DNA of 64,000 nucleotides from Phycisphaerales bacterium (GTDB lineage Bacteria > Planctomycetota > Phycisphaerae > Phycisphaerales > UBA1924). The stretch is taken from the NCBI GenBank assembly GCA_016699835.1, contig CP064987.1, positions 1,776,876 to 1,840,875 of the forward strand, in the 5' to 3' direction. Below, piece after piece: positions 26,953 through 36,834 of this stretch. Under the pieces are notes generated by a model. That model did not search any database. It was not told the origin of the DNA and was given only the letters and a program-made list of their open reading frames with translations. The position numbers and the translations under genes are program-made. Position 1 is the stretch's first letter, and each line of letters starts with the position of its first letter.

Positions 26953-29007
26953 ATGAAGGTCAAGACCAAACTCCTCGTCGTCATGCTCGCCGCCGGGCTT
27001 CTCCCCGTCATCACCCTCTCGGGCATCCTCTGGAACCAACAATCCTCCAGACTCGTCGAGGACCAGGGCCACAGCCTCCAGACCGCCGCCCACAACATCC
27101 TCGACAAGATCGAGCGAAACCTCTTCGAACGCTACGGCGACGTCCAGGCCTTCGGATACAACGCCGTCGTCCTCGACCAGGACCACTGGTACCAGCCCGG
27201 CGACACCAACCCCATCGTCCAGTCCATGGACCGCTATGTCGCCGCATACGGCGTCTACGCCGCCACAATCCTCGTCGACACCGACGGCAAGGTCATCGCC
27301 GTCAACTCCAAAGACGCCTCGGGCAAGCCCCTCAACACCGACATCTTCTACAACAAGTCCTTCAAGCACGAGTCCTGGTTCCAGGACGCCACCAGCAACC
27401 GATTCCTCGCCTCCAACCAACTCACCGGCACCGTCGTGACTGACCTCCACGTCGACGACCTCGTCAAGCAGGCCTGTGGCGAAGACGGCCTCGTCCTCGG
27501 CTTCACCGCCCCCGTCACCGACTCCACCGGCACCACCGTCGCCGTCTGGCACAACGTCGCCCGCTGGGCTCTCGTCGAGGAACTCCTCGCCTCCGAATAC
27601 GACGCGCTCAGCAAGGAAGGCCACAACAGCGCCGAGATCACACTCATCGACTACCAGGGCCGCATCCTTGCCGATTGCGATCCCGCCCACGCAGGATCCG
27701 TCAACCGCGACCTCACCAACGTCATCCTCCGTGAGAATCTCATCACCCAATCCAACGAGGCGGCCAAGAACGCCATCGCGGGCAACGACGGATTCCTCGA
27801 AACCACACACCACCGCCTCAAAACCCCGCAACTCACCGGCTACGCCCAGAGCGAAGGCGCCCTCGGCTACCCAGGCCTCAAGTGGTCCCTCCTCGTCAGC
27901 ATCGACAAGGCCGAAGTCTTGTCCGACCTGAGCCAGGCACGCAATCAGGCCATCCTCGTCCTCCTCGCCGCAGGCGCCATCGTCGCCGTCGGCGCCTGGA
28001 TCTTCGCACGCCAACTCACACGACCCATCCACGCCATGATCGCACGCCTCAAGGACATCGCCCAGGGCGAAGGCGACCTCACCCAGCGCGTCGACGACTC
28101 CCGAAAGGACGAGTTCGGTGAACTCGGTACCTGGTTCAACACCTTCGTCACCAACATCCGCGACGTCATCAAGGAAGTCGCCACCTCCGCCAACAGCGTC
28201 GCCGCCGCCTCCACCCAGATCGCCGCCTCCAGCGAGGAAATGTCCGCAGGCATCAACGAGCAGCGAAATCAGGTCTCCCAGATCGCCGCCGCCACAGGCG
28301 AGATGTCCTCCTCCGTCGTCGAGGTCGCTCGCCAGGCCTCCGACCTCCTCCAGAGCGCCCACAACGCCGGCAAGACCGCCGAGGCCGGCGGCGAGATCGT
28401 CTCCCAATCCATCGCCGGCATGCACGACATCAACCAGGCCGTCGCCTCCTCCGCCGATATCGTCCTCGATCTCGGCAAACGCGGCGAGCAGATCGGCAAC
28501 ATCGTCCAGACCATCAACGAGATCGCCGACCAGACCAACCTCCTCGCCCTCAACGCCGCCATCGAGGCCGCCCGCGCCGGCGAGCACGGCCGGGGCTTCG
28601 CCGTCGTCGCCGACGAGGTCCGCAAACTCGCCGACCGCACCACCAAAGCCACCGATGAGATCGCCGAATCCATCCGCACCATCCGCGATCAGACCGCCAA
28701 GGCCGTCTCCCACATGGAAGTCGGAACCCGGCGCGTCAAAGACGGCGTCTCCCAATCCGAGAAAGCCGGCCAGAGCCTCTCCGCGATCGTGGACAACACC
28801 AGGCACCTCGCCTCGCTCGTCCAGTCCATCGCCGCCGCCGCCGAACAGCAAGGCTCCGCCGCCGAGGAAATCAGCCGCAACATCGAGGGCGTCAGTTCCG
28901 TCTCCGCCCAGACCTCCCAGGGCGCATCCGAAGCCTCCCACGCCGCCCAGGACCTCTCCATGAAGGCCGAATCACTCAACCGGCTCGTCACCAGATTCAA
29001 ACTCTGA
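26953..29007 (+). CDS. Methyl-accepting chemotaxis protein (two TM helices, periplasmic sensor of about 300 aa, HAMP, MA domain)
   Basis: The signalling hairpin reads [37 protein letters not shown]. The HAMP segment reads [24 protein letters not shown]. Confidence 0.9.
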   Translation: MKVKTKLLVVMLAAGLLPVITLSGILWNQQSSRLVEDQGHSLQTAAHNILDKIERNLFERYGDVQAFGYNAVVLDQDHWYQPGDTNPIVQSMDRYVAAYGVYAATILVDTDGKVIAVNSKDASGKPLNTDIFYNKSFKHESWFQDATSNRFLASNQLTGTVVTDLHVDDLVKQACGEDGLVLGFTAPVTDSTGTTVAVWHNVARWALVEELLASEYDALSKEGHNSAEITLIDYQGRILADCDPAHAGSVNRDLTNVILRENLITQSNEAAKNAIAGNDGFLETTHHRLKTPQLTGYAQSEGALGYPGLKWSLLVSIDKAEVLSDLSQARNQAILVLLAAGAIVAVGAWIFARQLTRPIHAMIARLKDIAQGEGDLTQRVDDSRKDEFGELGTWFNTFVTNIRDVIKEVATSANSVAAASTQIAASSEEMSAGINEQRNQVSQIAAATGEMSSSVVEVARQASDLLQSAHNAGKTAEAGGEIVSQSIAGMHDINQAVASSADIVLDLGKRGEQIGNIVQTINEIADQTNLLALNAAIEAARAGEHGRGFAVVADEVRKLADRTTKATDEIAESIRTIRDQTAKAVSHMEVGTRRVKDGVSQSEKAGQSLSAIVDNTRHLASLVQSIAAAAEQQGSAAEEISRNIEGVSSVSAQTSQGASEASHAAQDLSMKAESLNRLVTRFKL

Positions 29008-29031
29008 TTCAAAGCTCAACACAACCACGCC

Positions 29032-29062
29032 AAGGCACGGGCCAAATACCCGTGCCTTTCTC
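29032..29062 (+). terminator. Rho-independent terminator (AAGGCACGGG-CCAAATA-CCCGTGCCTT-TCTC)
   Basis: A 10-bp stem lies 25 nt after the MCP stop. Confidence 0.65.
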
Positions 29063-29103
29063 ATTGAACTTAGCACATCACGCACGAGCGCCATCGCCAG
29101 CCG

Positions 29104-29478
29104 TCACACCACCCTGATCCGCTTCACCGTCGCCCCGCACGCCCGCTTGAGCACCGTCTCCCCGCCGCTCCTCAGCCACACACTCACCGCGCTCCGCGTC
29201 GACGAATCCTCCGCCCGAATCGTCAGCACCCCCGCGCGCAGCCCCTCAGGCCGAGCCCGCTCACAGATCGCCCGAGGCACATTCTCCTCCCACGCCCGCT
29301 CCACGCCCCCCACCGCCCGCGACACGCGCTTCACACTCCCCACCAATCGCTCGACCTCACGACCAACACCAACATCCTTCTCCGCTCGAACCCGATACCC
29401 GCGCACCCGTTCCACCGCCGCCAACCCGGGCATCAATCCCGGCGTCACACGCCCACACTTCGCGCCGCCTCGCTCCAT
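29104..29478 (-). CDS. DUF721-like protein (DciA-type, tentative)
   Basis: Translation ...ERAWEENVPRAICERARPEGLRAGVLTIRAEDSSTRSAVSVWLRSGGETVLKR...KRIRVV matches my memory of the DUF721 pattern. Confidence 0.45.
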   Translation of the reverse strand: MERGGAKCGRVTPGLMPGLAAVERVRGYRVRAEKDVGVGREVERLVGSVKRVSRAVGGVERAWEENVPRAICERARPEGLRAGVLTIRAEDSSTRSAVSVWLRSGGETVLKRACGATVKRIRVV

Positions 29479-29485
29479 GTCCTCA

Positions 29486-29545
29486 TCCTACCCAGTCTCG
29501 TGGGGCAGGCGGCCCGCCTGCCTCTCCTTCTCCTACTCCTACTTC
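29486..29545 (+). repeat. Family A palindromic element
   Basis: TCCTACCCAGTCTCGTGGGGCAGGCGGCCCGCCTGCCTCTCCTTCTCCTACTCCTAC begins 8 nt from the start codon at 29478. Confidence 0.8.
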
Positions 29546-29648
29546 ACGCCTCACAAAAGAGGGCATCCCACCTCTCTTCTCCTTCTTCCTCTTCATCATC
29601 CCCTCACACAACCCAATCCCACCCCCACGCGCGTACATTTCGCCTGTC

Positions 29649-30785
29649 ATGTCCACAACCATCCGCATCCACTCCCTCACCAAGTCCTTCCCCGCCCCAT
29701 CCGGCGGCACAACCACCGCCGTCGACCACGCCTCCCTCACCATCAACCCCGGCGAACTCTTCTTCCTCCTCGGCCCCAGCGGCTGCGGCAAAACCACACT
29801 CCTCCGAATGATCGCAGGCTTCATCGACCCAACCTCCGGCACCATCACCTTCGAAGACGCCAAAGGCACACGCGACGTCACCCACCTCGCCCCAAACCTC
29901 CGAAACACCGGCATGGTCTTCCAGTCCTACGCCCTCTGGCCACACATGACCGTCGAAGCCAACGTCGCCTTCGGTCTCAACATCCGCAAAACCCCATCCG
30001 ACGAGAAAAAACAACGCGTCGCCGAGGCCCTCAAGGCCGTCCAGATGGACCCCTACGCCACACGCAAGCCCAACCAACTCTCCGGTGGCCAACAACAACG
30101 CGTCGCCCTCGCCCGCGCCCTCGTCATCCGCCCCAGCGTCCTCCTCCTCGACGAGCCCCTCTCCAACCTCGACGCCAAACTCCGAAACGACCTCCGCGCC
30201 GAGATCCGAAAAATCTGCAAGGCCTCAGGCATCACCACCGTCTACGTCACCCACGACCAGAAAGAAGCCCTCAGCATGGCCGACCGCATCGCCGTCATGC
30301 GCAGCGGCTCCATCGTCCAGATCGGCTCTCCCACCGACATGTACCGAAAGCCCGCCTCGCGCTTCGTCGCCGAGTTCCTGGGCGAGACCAATCTCTTCGC
30401 CGCCACCATCGCCGAGATCAAGCCCGCAAACGCCACCAGCCCAAGACTCGTCCGCCTCACCACTCCCGCCGGCGAACTCCTCTCCACACACACCGAGCAC
30501 GCGCAATCACCAGGCACAAAGGTCACCCTCTCCATCCGCCCCGAAACCATCCAACTCTCGCGCGACGCCCACACGCCCTCAACCACCAACAGCCTCAAAG
30601 CCACCATCGAGGACACCACTTTCCTCGGAGAAACCGCCCAGCACACCGCCGCACTCGCCGACGGCACCCACCTCCGACTCGCCACCCTCCACCCCCTCGC
30701 CAACGCCAACCTCGATACAGGCCACAAAGCCACACTCACCATCAGCCCCGACGACGTCGTCGTCCTGCCGCAAGATACAAACTGA
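29649..30785 (+). CDS. ABC transporter ATP-binding protein (PotA/FbpC/MalK-like with a C-terminal TOBE-like extension)
   Basis: Walker A is GPSGCGKTT, the signature is [15 protein letters not shown], and Walker B is LLLDEP. No permease or binding-protein gene is adjacent. Confidence 0.85.
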   Translation: MSTTIRIHSLTKSFPAPSGGTTTAVDHASLTINPGELFFLLGPSGCGKTTLLRMIAGFIDPTSGTITFEDAKGTRDVTHLAPNLRNTGMVFQSYALWPHMTVEANVAFGLNIRKTPSDEKKQRVAEALKAVQMDPYATRKPNQLSGGQQQRVALARALVIRPSVLLLDEPLSNLDAKLRNDLRAEIRKICKASGITTVYVTHDQKEALSMADRIAVMRSGSIVQIGSPTDMYRKPASRFVAEFLGETNLFAATIAEIKPANATSPRLVRLTTPAGELLSTHTEHAQSPGTKVTLSIRPETIQLSRDAHTPSTTNSLKATIEDTTFLGETAQHTAALADGTHLRLATLHPLANANLDTGHKATLTISPDDVVVLPQDTN

Positions 30786-30796
30786 TGCCTCCCCAT

Positions 30797-30852
30797 GTGG
30801 CCCGCCTCTCCGAGGCGGGTCTCATGATGGCACCGATCTACAGAGCGGTGGC
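30797..30852 (+). repeat. Two tandem family B hairpins (GTGGCCCGCCTCTCCGAGGCGGGTC and GGCACCGATCTACAGAGCGGTGGC)
   Basis: Read directly from the sequence. The second copy is degenerate and abuts the stop codon at 30853. Confidence 0.65.
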
Positions 30853-31212
30853 TTACTCAGGCAGAACTCGCGCCAACTCATCCGCCCGCCGTGCCAGTTC
30901 AAAGTCCTTCGCCGAGATCCCCCCCGCGTCGTGCGTCGTCAGCGTCAGCGTCACCTTGTTCCAACGGATCAGGATGTCCGGGTGGTGCTGGGCCGCTTCC
31001 GCCGCCTCCGCCACGCTGTTCACGAACTTGATCGACGCGACAAAGTCCTTGAACGCGTACGTGCGCTGGATCCCCCCGCCCGCCTCCGACCACTCGGGCA
31101 CGCCCTCCAGGTTCTTCTGGATCTCCTCAGGCGTGAACTTCACAGGCCCCGCCGCCTCGCGAGCCGCGGCCTTCGCCTTCTTCCCAACTGCCGGTGTCGT
31201 GGGCTTGCTCAT
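30853..31212 (-). CDS. 4a-hydroxytetrahydrobiopterin (pterin-4-alpha-carbinolamine) dehydratase
   Basis: Translation ...WSEAGGGIQRTYAFKDFVASIKFVNSVAEAAEAAQHHPDILIRWNKVTLTLTTHDAGGIS. The start directly abuts the gyrA stop. Confidence 0.85.
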   Translation of the reverse strand: MSKPTTPAVGKKAKAAAREAAGPVKFTPEEIQKNLEGVPEWSEAGGGIQRTYAFKDFVASIKFVNSVAEAAEAAQHHPDILIRWNKVTLTLTTHDAGGISAKDFELARRADELARVLPE

Positions 31213-33954
31213 CTACGCCTCCGTGGGTTCCGCGCCGTCCTCGTCCTGCTCGGCCACCGGGGCCGCCGACACCACACTATCCCCTTCGTGCAGCGAGGCA
31301 ACCCGCACCCCCTGCGTTCCACGCCCGCACTCGCGGATGCTCCCCGCCGGCACACGCACCAACTGCCCGCCCTTGGTGATCACCACGACATCCTCATTCT
31401 CAAACACACCGAGCGACGCCACGCTCCGTCCATTACGCTCGCTCGTGTCGATGTCCAGGCGGCCCTTCCCGCCCCGCGACTGGCTCCGAGGCTTGCCCGT
31501 CTCCGGATGCACACGATACTCGTCGATCGCCGTGCGCTTGCCATAGCCGTGCTCCGTGATCGTGAGCAGCGCCATCTCCGGCCTCACCGTCATCAAGTCT
31601 CCATCCGCGTCGGGTGACATCTCCACGCGAACCACCCCGATCACCTCGTCGCCGTCGCCCAGGTCGATCCCCTTCACCCCCGCCGCCGATCGTCCCATGA
31701 GCCGTGCATCCTGCTCATTGAACCGGATCGCCATGCCTCCGGCCGTGATCAGCAGCAGGTCGTCGTTCCCGCTCGTCAGCGTCACGCCAAGCAGCGCATC
31801 GTCCTCCTTCAGCCCCACCGCGATGATGCCCGCTTTGTTGACGTTGCGATACTCCTTGAGGGCCGTCCGCTTCACGATCCCCTGTCGCGACACGAACGTC
31901 AGGTAGTTGCTCCCCTCCTCAAAGTTCTTGATCGCCAGGTACGCCCGCGTCTTCTCCCCCTCGCGAAGGTCCACGAGGTTCACCATCGCGCGCCCCTTGC
32001 TCGTCCGCGACATCTCGGGCACCTCAAAGACCTTGATCTTGAAGACCCGCCCCGTGTTCGTGAAGCACAGCAGATCGTCGTGCGTGCTCGCCACGAACAG
32101 GTGCTCGACGAAATCGTCCTCCTTCGAGTCCGACGCGCGGATCCCCTTCCCGCCTCGCCCCTGCTGCCGATACGTCCCGATCGGCACGCGCTTGGCATAC
32201 CCCGCGTGGCTGATCGTCAGCGCGACCTCCTCCACCGGGATCAACTCCGCGATGTTCACGTCCGCCCCGCCGTCCTCGATCGCCGTCAGCCGGGGCGACG
32301 AGAACCGCGCCCGCATCTCCTCGCAGTCCGCCTTGATCATCGACAGCACGCGCCCATGATCCGCGAGGATCGACTCATAGTCCTCGATCTCACGCACTTT
32401 CTCCGCATACTCAGCCACCAGCCGATCGATCTCGAGCGCCACCAACTGGATCAGCCGCATCGACCCGATCGCCTCGGCCTGCACCCGCGTCAACCGGATC
32501 GTGTACGCCCCACTCTTCTCCTTCTCGATGTTCCCGCTCCCCTCGCCCAATGTCCCCCAGCGATGCATCGGCAGCCCCGAGAGGTCCGCCTGTCCGGGCC
32601 GGATGAAATACTTCCCGGCCATCAACTTCTGGATCGCTTCCTCGCGCGTCGAACTGCTCCGGATCAACTTCACGATCTCATCAATATTCGCGACGGCAAA
32701 GATCATCGCCTCGAGCAGGTGCGCCCGCTTCTTCGCCTCGCGCATCAAAAACGCCGTGCGCCGACGGATCACGTCCACCCGGTGCTCGACATAGCAGTCG
32801 ATCATCTCTCGCAAACTCAGCGTCTGGGGCCGGCGCTTCACCAGCGCGATATTCAAAATCGAGAACGTCTGCTGCAGAGGCGTGTACTCGTACAACTGCT
32901 TCTCGACCACCGCCGGATCCACGCCGCGCTTCAGTTCGATCACGATCCGCGTCTGCGCCTCGCGCCCGGACTCGTTCCGCACGTCTGACACGTCCGCAAG
33001 CTTGTCCTCCTTCACCGCGTCCACGATCGATTCCACCAGGGTCCTCTGCCCCAGCATGTACGGGATCGAATCGATCACGATCTGCTTGCGCTCGCTCTTC
33101 CCGGACCCCGGCACATCCTCGACGTGCACGCTCCCGCGCACCGTCACCTTGCCGCGCCCCGATGAGTACGCCTCCACGATCCCCCGCCGACCGAAGATCG
33201 TCCCGCCCGTCGGGAAATCGGGCCCGATCACGCCGCGACGCACGATCTTCCCGTCCACCACCTCATCCGTCATCAACTCCGCCAGCGTGATCGAGGGCCT
33301 CTCGATCACCCGCACGATCGCGTCCAGGATCTCCGTCGGGTTGTGCGGCGCCAGGCTCGTCGCCATCCCCACCGCGATCCCCACACCGCCGTTGATCAAA
33401 AGATTCGGCAACTTCCCGGGAAGAACCGTCGGCTCCTCGCGCGTGTCGTCGTAGTTCGGCACGAAGTCAACCGTGTCGAGTTCCATATCCCCCAGCATGT
33501 CCACCGCCGCGTGCGTCAGCCGCGCCTCGGTGTACCGCATCGCCGCCGGTGGATCCGGATCAATCGACCCGAAGTTCCCCTGCGGATCAATCAGCGGCAC
33601 GCGCATCCGCCAGTCCTGCGCCATGTTCACCAGCGTCGGATAGATCACGCTCTCGCCGTGCGGGTGGTAATCGCCCGACGTGTTCCCGCAGATCTTCGCG
33701 CACTTGCGGTGCTGCCGACCCGGCCGAAGGCTCAGGTCGTTCATCGACACCAGGATCCGCCGCTGGCTGGGCTTGAGACCGTCACGAACATCGGGCAGCG
33801 CCCGGTCCATGATCGTGCTCATCGCATACGTGAGATAACTGTCCTGCAACTCACGCTGGATGTCGTGGTCGATCACGTTCCCGTGATTCACCCCCCCACC
33901 CCCGGCCCCGCCCTCGCCGCCGTCAATCCCACCAGTCTGGTCGATGTCGCTCAT
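31213..33954 (-). CDS. gyrA: DNA gyrase subunit A
   Basis: Translation ...DGLKPSQRRILVSMND...GDYHPHGESVIYPTLVNMAQDW, followed by C-terminal beta-pinwheel repeats. I trimmed the start to Met12. Confidence 0.95.
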   Translation of the reverse strand: MSDIDQTGGIDGGEGGAGGGGVNHGNVIDHDIQRELQDSYLTYAMSTIMDRALPDVRDGLKPSQRRILVSMNDLSLRPGRQHRKCAKICGNTSGDYHPHGESVIYPTLVNMAQDWRMRVPLIDPQGNFGSIDPDPPAAMRYTEARLTHAAVDMLGDMELDTVDFVPNYDDTREEPTVLPGKLPNLLINGGVGIAVGMATSLAPHNPTEILDAIVRVIERPSITLAELMTDEVVDGKIVRRGVIGPDFPTGGTIFGRRGIVEAYSSGRGKVTVRGSVHVEDVPGSGKSERKQIVIDSIPYMLGQRTLVESIVDAVKEDKLADVSDVRNESGREAQTRIVIELKRGVDPAVVEKQLYEYTPLQQTFSILNIALVKRRPQTLSLREMIDCYVEHRVDVIRRRTAFLMREAKKRAHLLEAMIFAVANIDEIVKLIRSSSTREEAIQKLMAGKYFIRPGQADLSGLPMHRWGTLGEGSGNIEKEKSGAYTIRLTRVQAEAIGSMRLIQLVALEIDRLVAEYAEKVREIEDYESILADHGRVLSMIKADCEEMRARFSSPRLTAIEDGGADVNIAELIPVEEVALTISHAGYAKRVPIGTYRQQGRGGKGIRASDSKEDDFVEHLFVASTHDDLLCFTNTGRVFKIKVFEVPEMSRTSKGRAMVNLVDLREGEKTRAYLAIKNFEEGSNYLTFVSRQGIVKRTALKEYRNVNKAGIIAVGLKEDDALLGVTLTSGNDDLLLITAGGMAIRFNEQDARLMGRSAAGVKGIDLGDGDEVIGVVRVEMSPDADGDLMTVRPEMALLTITEHGYGKRTAIDEYRVHPETGKPRSQSRGGKGRLDIDTSERNGRSVASLGVFENEDVVVITKGGQLVRVPAGSIRECGRGTQGVRVASLHEGDSVVSAAPVAEQDEDGAEPTEA

Positions 33955-34109
33955 GGATGCTCGTTTCTGCCTGGCACACGGAAACACCGGGAATCAAGCC
34001 TCGAAATGGGCCCGCTCCGGCGCTCCGCAATCATAGGTTTCCCACCCTCGCGTGGCCCAAATCCACAGAACTTTCCATCCCCCAACGCGCCCCCAAAAAC
34101 ACCTGAAAA

Positions 34110-36095
34110 TCAGGGGCGTTCCGCTCCCGTCGCATCTTCACCGCGACCATCCGTCGGCGTGTCCGGCGGCGCCGCCCACTCATCCAGCACGCGCACCGAC
34201 TCGCACACCGCGATCAGCCCCATCGCCGACGCCTCGATCGACTGCCTCGGGTCCCACGTCGCCGCCCGGATCCCCCACCGCGCCCGCTCGACATCCACGA
34301 ACAACGCCCCGCTCGCCTCGTCCGCCGCCAACTGGCGTGCGAACCGCAACGCCGAGAGCAGCCGCGACAACTCGGGCAGACGCTCCTCCTCGTCCGTCAA
34401 TCGCCGATCACCAAGCATCGCCGCCAGAAACGACACGCCGCGCATCGAGTTCCACGTCGGCCTCGTCCCCACCACGCCCCCATCGAACATGAATCCGCCG
34501 GCAAAGTCCGGATCCGCGCCCGCCACGACATCCGGCACCTGCCGCGATTCCACCAGCATCCGCTCGTTCCGAAGCGCCTCCGCCGAACCAATCGCCGCAT
34601 CGCCCGAAGCCGCGATCTCCGCCCACACGATCCAGGGCATGTGCGCCACCAGGCTCTTCCCCTCAAGGCTCTCGCGCAGAACCGACGAAACCATCGGCCG
34701 GAGAGACTCCCGTCCCGCCCCCTCGCGCACGCCACGCAACACAAGCGAATACGCCGCCAGCCCTCGCGCCGAACCCGGCACTCCCTCTCCCCAGCCGTGC
34801 TCCGCCGAGAACGTTCCCGCCAAGGCCGCCCCCACGCGAGTGACCACCGCTGCCGCAGGCTTCCCCTTCCACTCACCCCCCGCTTCCCCCGACAGCATCA
34901 CCTCCTCATACGCCAGCGTCAGCATCGCGGCATCGATCGCCTTGATCGACTCTCCATGCCCAAAGTCGGCATAGAGCGTCGTCGTCAGCCGCCGAGCCAT
35001 CTCACGCGCTGAATCTCGAGACTCTGCCGACAACGACGACACCCGGCTCATCCGCGCCAGCGCCACCGCCGCCAACGCCCGAGGCACGGCCTCCTCCGAA
35101 TCCTCGGCCATCCGCGTCGTCGGCCATTCCATCCGAACGATCGATCCGCCGCCAATCCCACCGGTCTGACACCGCCGCTCGATGTGCTTGCCAAGCCCCT
35201 CGGCAAACGCGCGCAGCATCGCCCCGTCGATCCGCGACTTCGAGATCACCTCCGATCCGCGATACAGCACCAGAGGGCGAGCCCCGCCACGCGCCTGCAC
35301 CAGATGGATCGTCCGGAACTTCCAGAATCGAATCCCCGTCCGATGCGCGATGTCGCCCGGCTGTCCCACCGCCGCCGTCGCATCCCCCGAAGCCCGTGAG
35401 ATCGCCGCCTGCAAACCCCACGATGGAGACGCCCCGCTGATCAGCATCTCGCTCGGAAACGTCGCCGCCCGCTTCGTCTCGCCATCCTTCCCCTCGAGCG
35501 TCGCCTCAACGCCATCAAGCCCGGGCGAGAGATCCGCATCCAGCGACTCATACGTCCCAGGAGAGATCGGCACGCGATCCCCCGCCAACTCCACGCTCAC
35601 CGCCAGCATCGGCAACCACTCGCGACGATGCTCCGCCGCCAGCGCGTCGTTCGCCACGGGCAACTTCAGCATCGCCCCCTCGATCGCCGCACGAGCCGCA
35701 CGCACCACGCCGCACTCGCCGCCAACCTCCTCAACCTCCGCCCCGCGCCCGACAATCGATCCATCCAGACGGATCATCACGCACGCCCCACCCACGCTCC
35801 GAATCGCCGCCGGCACCTCCACCCCCTCCGCGACCGCGCCCGCCCGAACCCACGACTCCACCAACTCAAACGCACGCAGCCCCACATCGAGCGAAGGCAC
35901 GCCGCCCACGACCCCGTCGACCACGGCGCCATCCTCGTGCGCAACGCCCGGCACCACCTCCTGTCCAGAGGCCACACCACACCCCACGCCGCACCCAAGC
36001 GCCAGAGCCATGAGTCCGAGAATCGATCGACGCGCGTTGTGACTCTTCACTCGTGTTGCTCCCTCGCGACGCCAGATGCTGCCCCAAGGCATCAC
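34110..36095 (-). CDS. Large secreted or lipoprotein hypothetical protein
   Basis: The ORF is 661 codons. The N-terminus RRSILGLMALALGCGVGCG looks like a signal or lipobox. I recognise no family. The start is uncertain. Confidence 0.6.
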   Translation of the reverse strand: MMPWGSIWRREGATRVKSHNARRSILGLMALALGCGVGCGVASGQEVVPGVAHEDGAVVDGVVGGVPSLDVGLRAFELVESWVRAGAVAEGVEVPAAIRSVGGACVMIRLDGSIVGRGAEVEEVGGECGVVRAARAAIEGAMLKLPVANDALAAEHRREWLPMLAVSVELAGDRVPISPGTYESLDADLSPGLDGVEATLEGKDGETKRAATFPSEMLISGASPSWGLQAAISRASGDATAAVGQPGDIAHRTGIRFWKFRTIHLVQARGGARPLVLYRGSEVISKSRIDGAMLRAFAEGLGKHIERRCQTGGIGGGSIVRMEWPTTRMAEDSEEAVPRALAAVALARMSRVSSLSAESRDSAREMARRLTTTLYADFGHGESIKAIDAAMLTLAYEEVMLSGEAGGEWKGKPAAAVVTRVGAALAGTFSAEHGWGEGVPGSARGLAAYSLVLRGVREGAGRESLRPMVSSVLRESLEGKSLVAHMPWIVWAEIAASGDAAIGSAEALRNERMLVESRQVPDVVAGADPDFAGGFMFDGGVVGTRPTWNSMRGVSFLAAMLGDRRLTDEEERLPELSRLLSALRFARQLAADEASGALFVDVERARWGIRAATWDPRQSIEASAMGLIAVCESVRVLDEWAAPPDTPTDGRGEDATGAERP

Positions 36096-36156
36096 CTAGC
36101 CCTCGCCCATTCCGGCTTGAAAGCCCGAGAACTCGGCCCAAACCCCGTTCCAGGCC

Positions 36157-36177
36157 GTTTCACGCCGGTTTCACGCC
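36157..36177 (+). repeat. Tandem direct repeat GTTTCACGCC-G-GTTTCACGCC (two parS half-site-like units)
   Basis: Read directly from the sequence. GTTTCACG equals the left half of the parS consensus. Confidence 0.6.
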
Positions 36178-36272
36178 ATCTCGCCCCCACAAGGCGACCA
36201 AGTGTGGTATGCTGGCATGCCGGTTGATTCTCTCCCCGCCATATCCAGAAACTCGAAAGGCGGACAGAAACA

Positions 36273-36353
36273 ATGAAGATCCTGATGAACGTCACCGAAA
36301 CCCACCGTCGCGTCGCCCTCCTCTGCCTCATCTCCTTCTTCGCCATGTGCTGA
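36273..36353 (+). CDS. Candidate 26-aa hydrophobic peptide (MKILMNVTETHRRVALLCLISFFAMC)
   Basis: The ATG..TGA ORF sits in otherwise non-coding DNA and is followed immediately by tandem hairpins. The RBS is weak (GAAAGG). This call is speculative. Confidence 0.25.
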   Translation: MKILMNVTETHRRVALLCLISFFAMC

Positions 36354-36354
36354 A

Positions 36355-36418
36355 CCAGGTGGCACAACTCCAGAGTGGTGTCCGACTCCCCAAGGTGGCA
36401 CGGCTCTCCAGAGCCGTG
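36355..36418 (+). repeat. Two tandem family B hairpins (CCAGGTGGCACAACTCCAGAGTGGTG and CCAAGGTGGCACGGCTCTCCAGAGCCGTG)
   Basis: Read directly from the sequence. The second copy has a perfect 9-bp stem. Confidence 0.75.
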
Positions 36419-36649
36419 TTCCCGACCCTACGCAACTCGCTCGCAGAAACAGCCGCGAATGCCCCGCTCACCGCGAAGCACTCGCCCCGACTTCGACACC
36501 AATCGTTCATTGAGTCTCAACACACGCAAGCACACCGGATCGCGCCCATCGCGGCGCGGCCTTGCCATCCCATCGAACCCGCCCTCGCTCGAGAAGCCCA
36601 TTCGCGGCTCCTCTCAACTCGTTGAGTCCGGAGGGGAGGGGGTAAGCCG

Positions 36650-36686
36650 GCGCTCCGCACGGAAACGTGCCGAGCGTCGTTTTTTT
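36650..36686 (+). terminator. Strong rho-independent terminator (12-bp stem, GAAA loop, T7) with no annotated gene to terminate
   Basis: The sequence is GCGCTCCGCACG-GAAA-CGTGCCGAGCGTC-G-TTTTTTT. Confidence 0.7.
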
Positions 36687-36834
36687 CATTCCACATCACA
36701 CCTTCACTCACGAAACACACTCGCGTTGGGGTTGTGTTTCGTGTCCGTTCGCAACAACCCGTCTTGACGCGCCCGCCCGATTATGGGATGCTGGTTCTCG
36801 AATCTGATCCACTCATCTCTGCGGGGAACACGCC

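Noticed and set aside
26947-28941. 664-aa minus-strand ORF antisense to the chemoreceptor gene (also 16985-17959 antisense to tatC)
   Set aside because: It is Gly/Asp/Glu/Val low-complexity sequence, and the opposite strand carries unmistakable MCP and TatC motifs.
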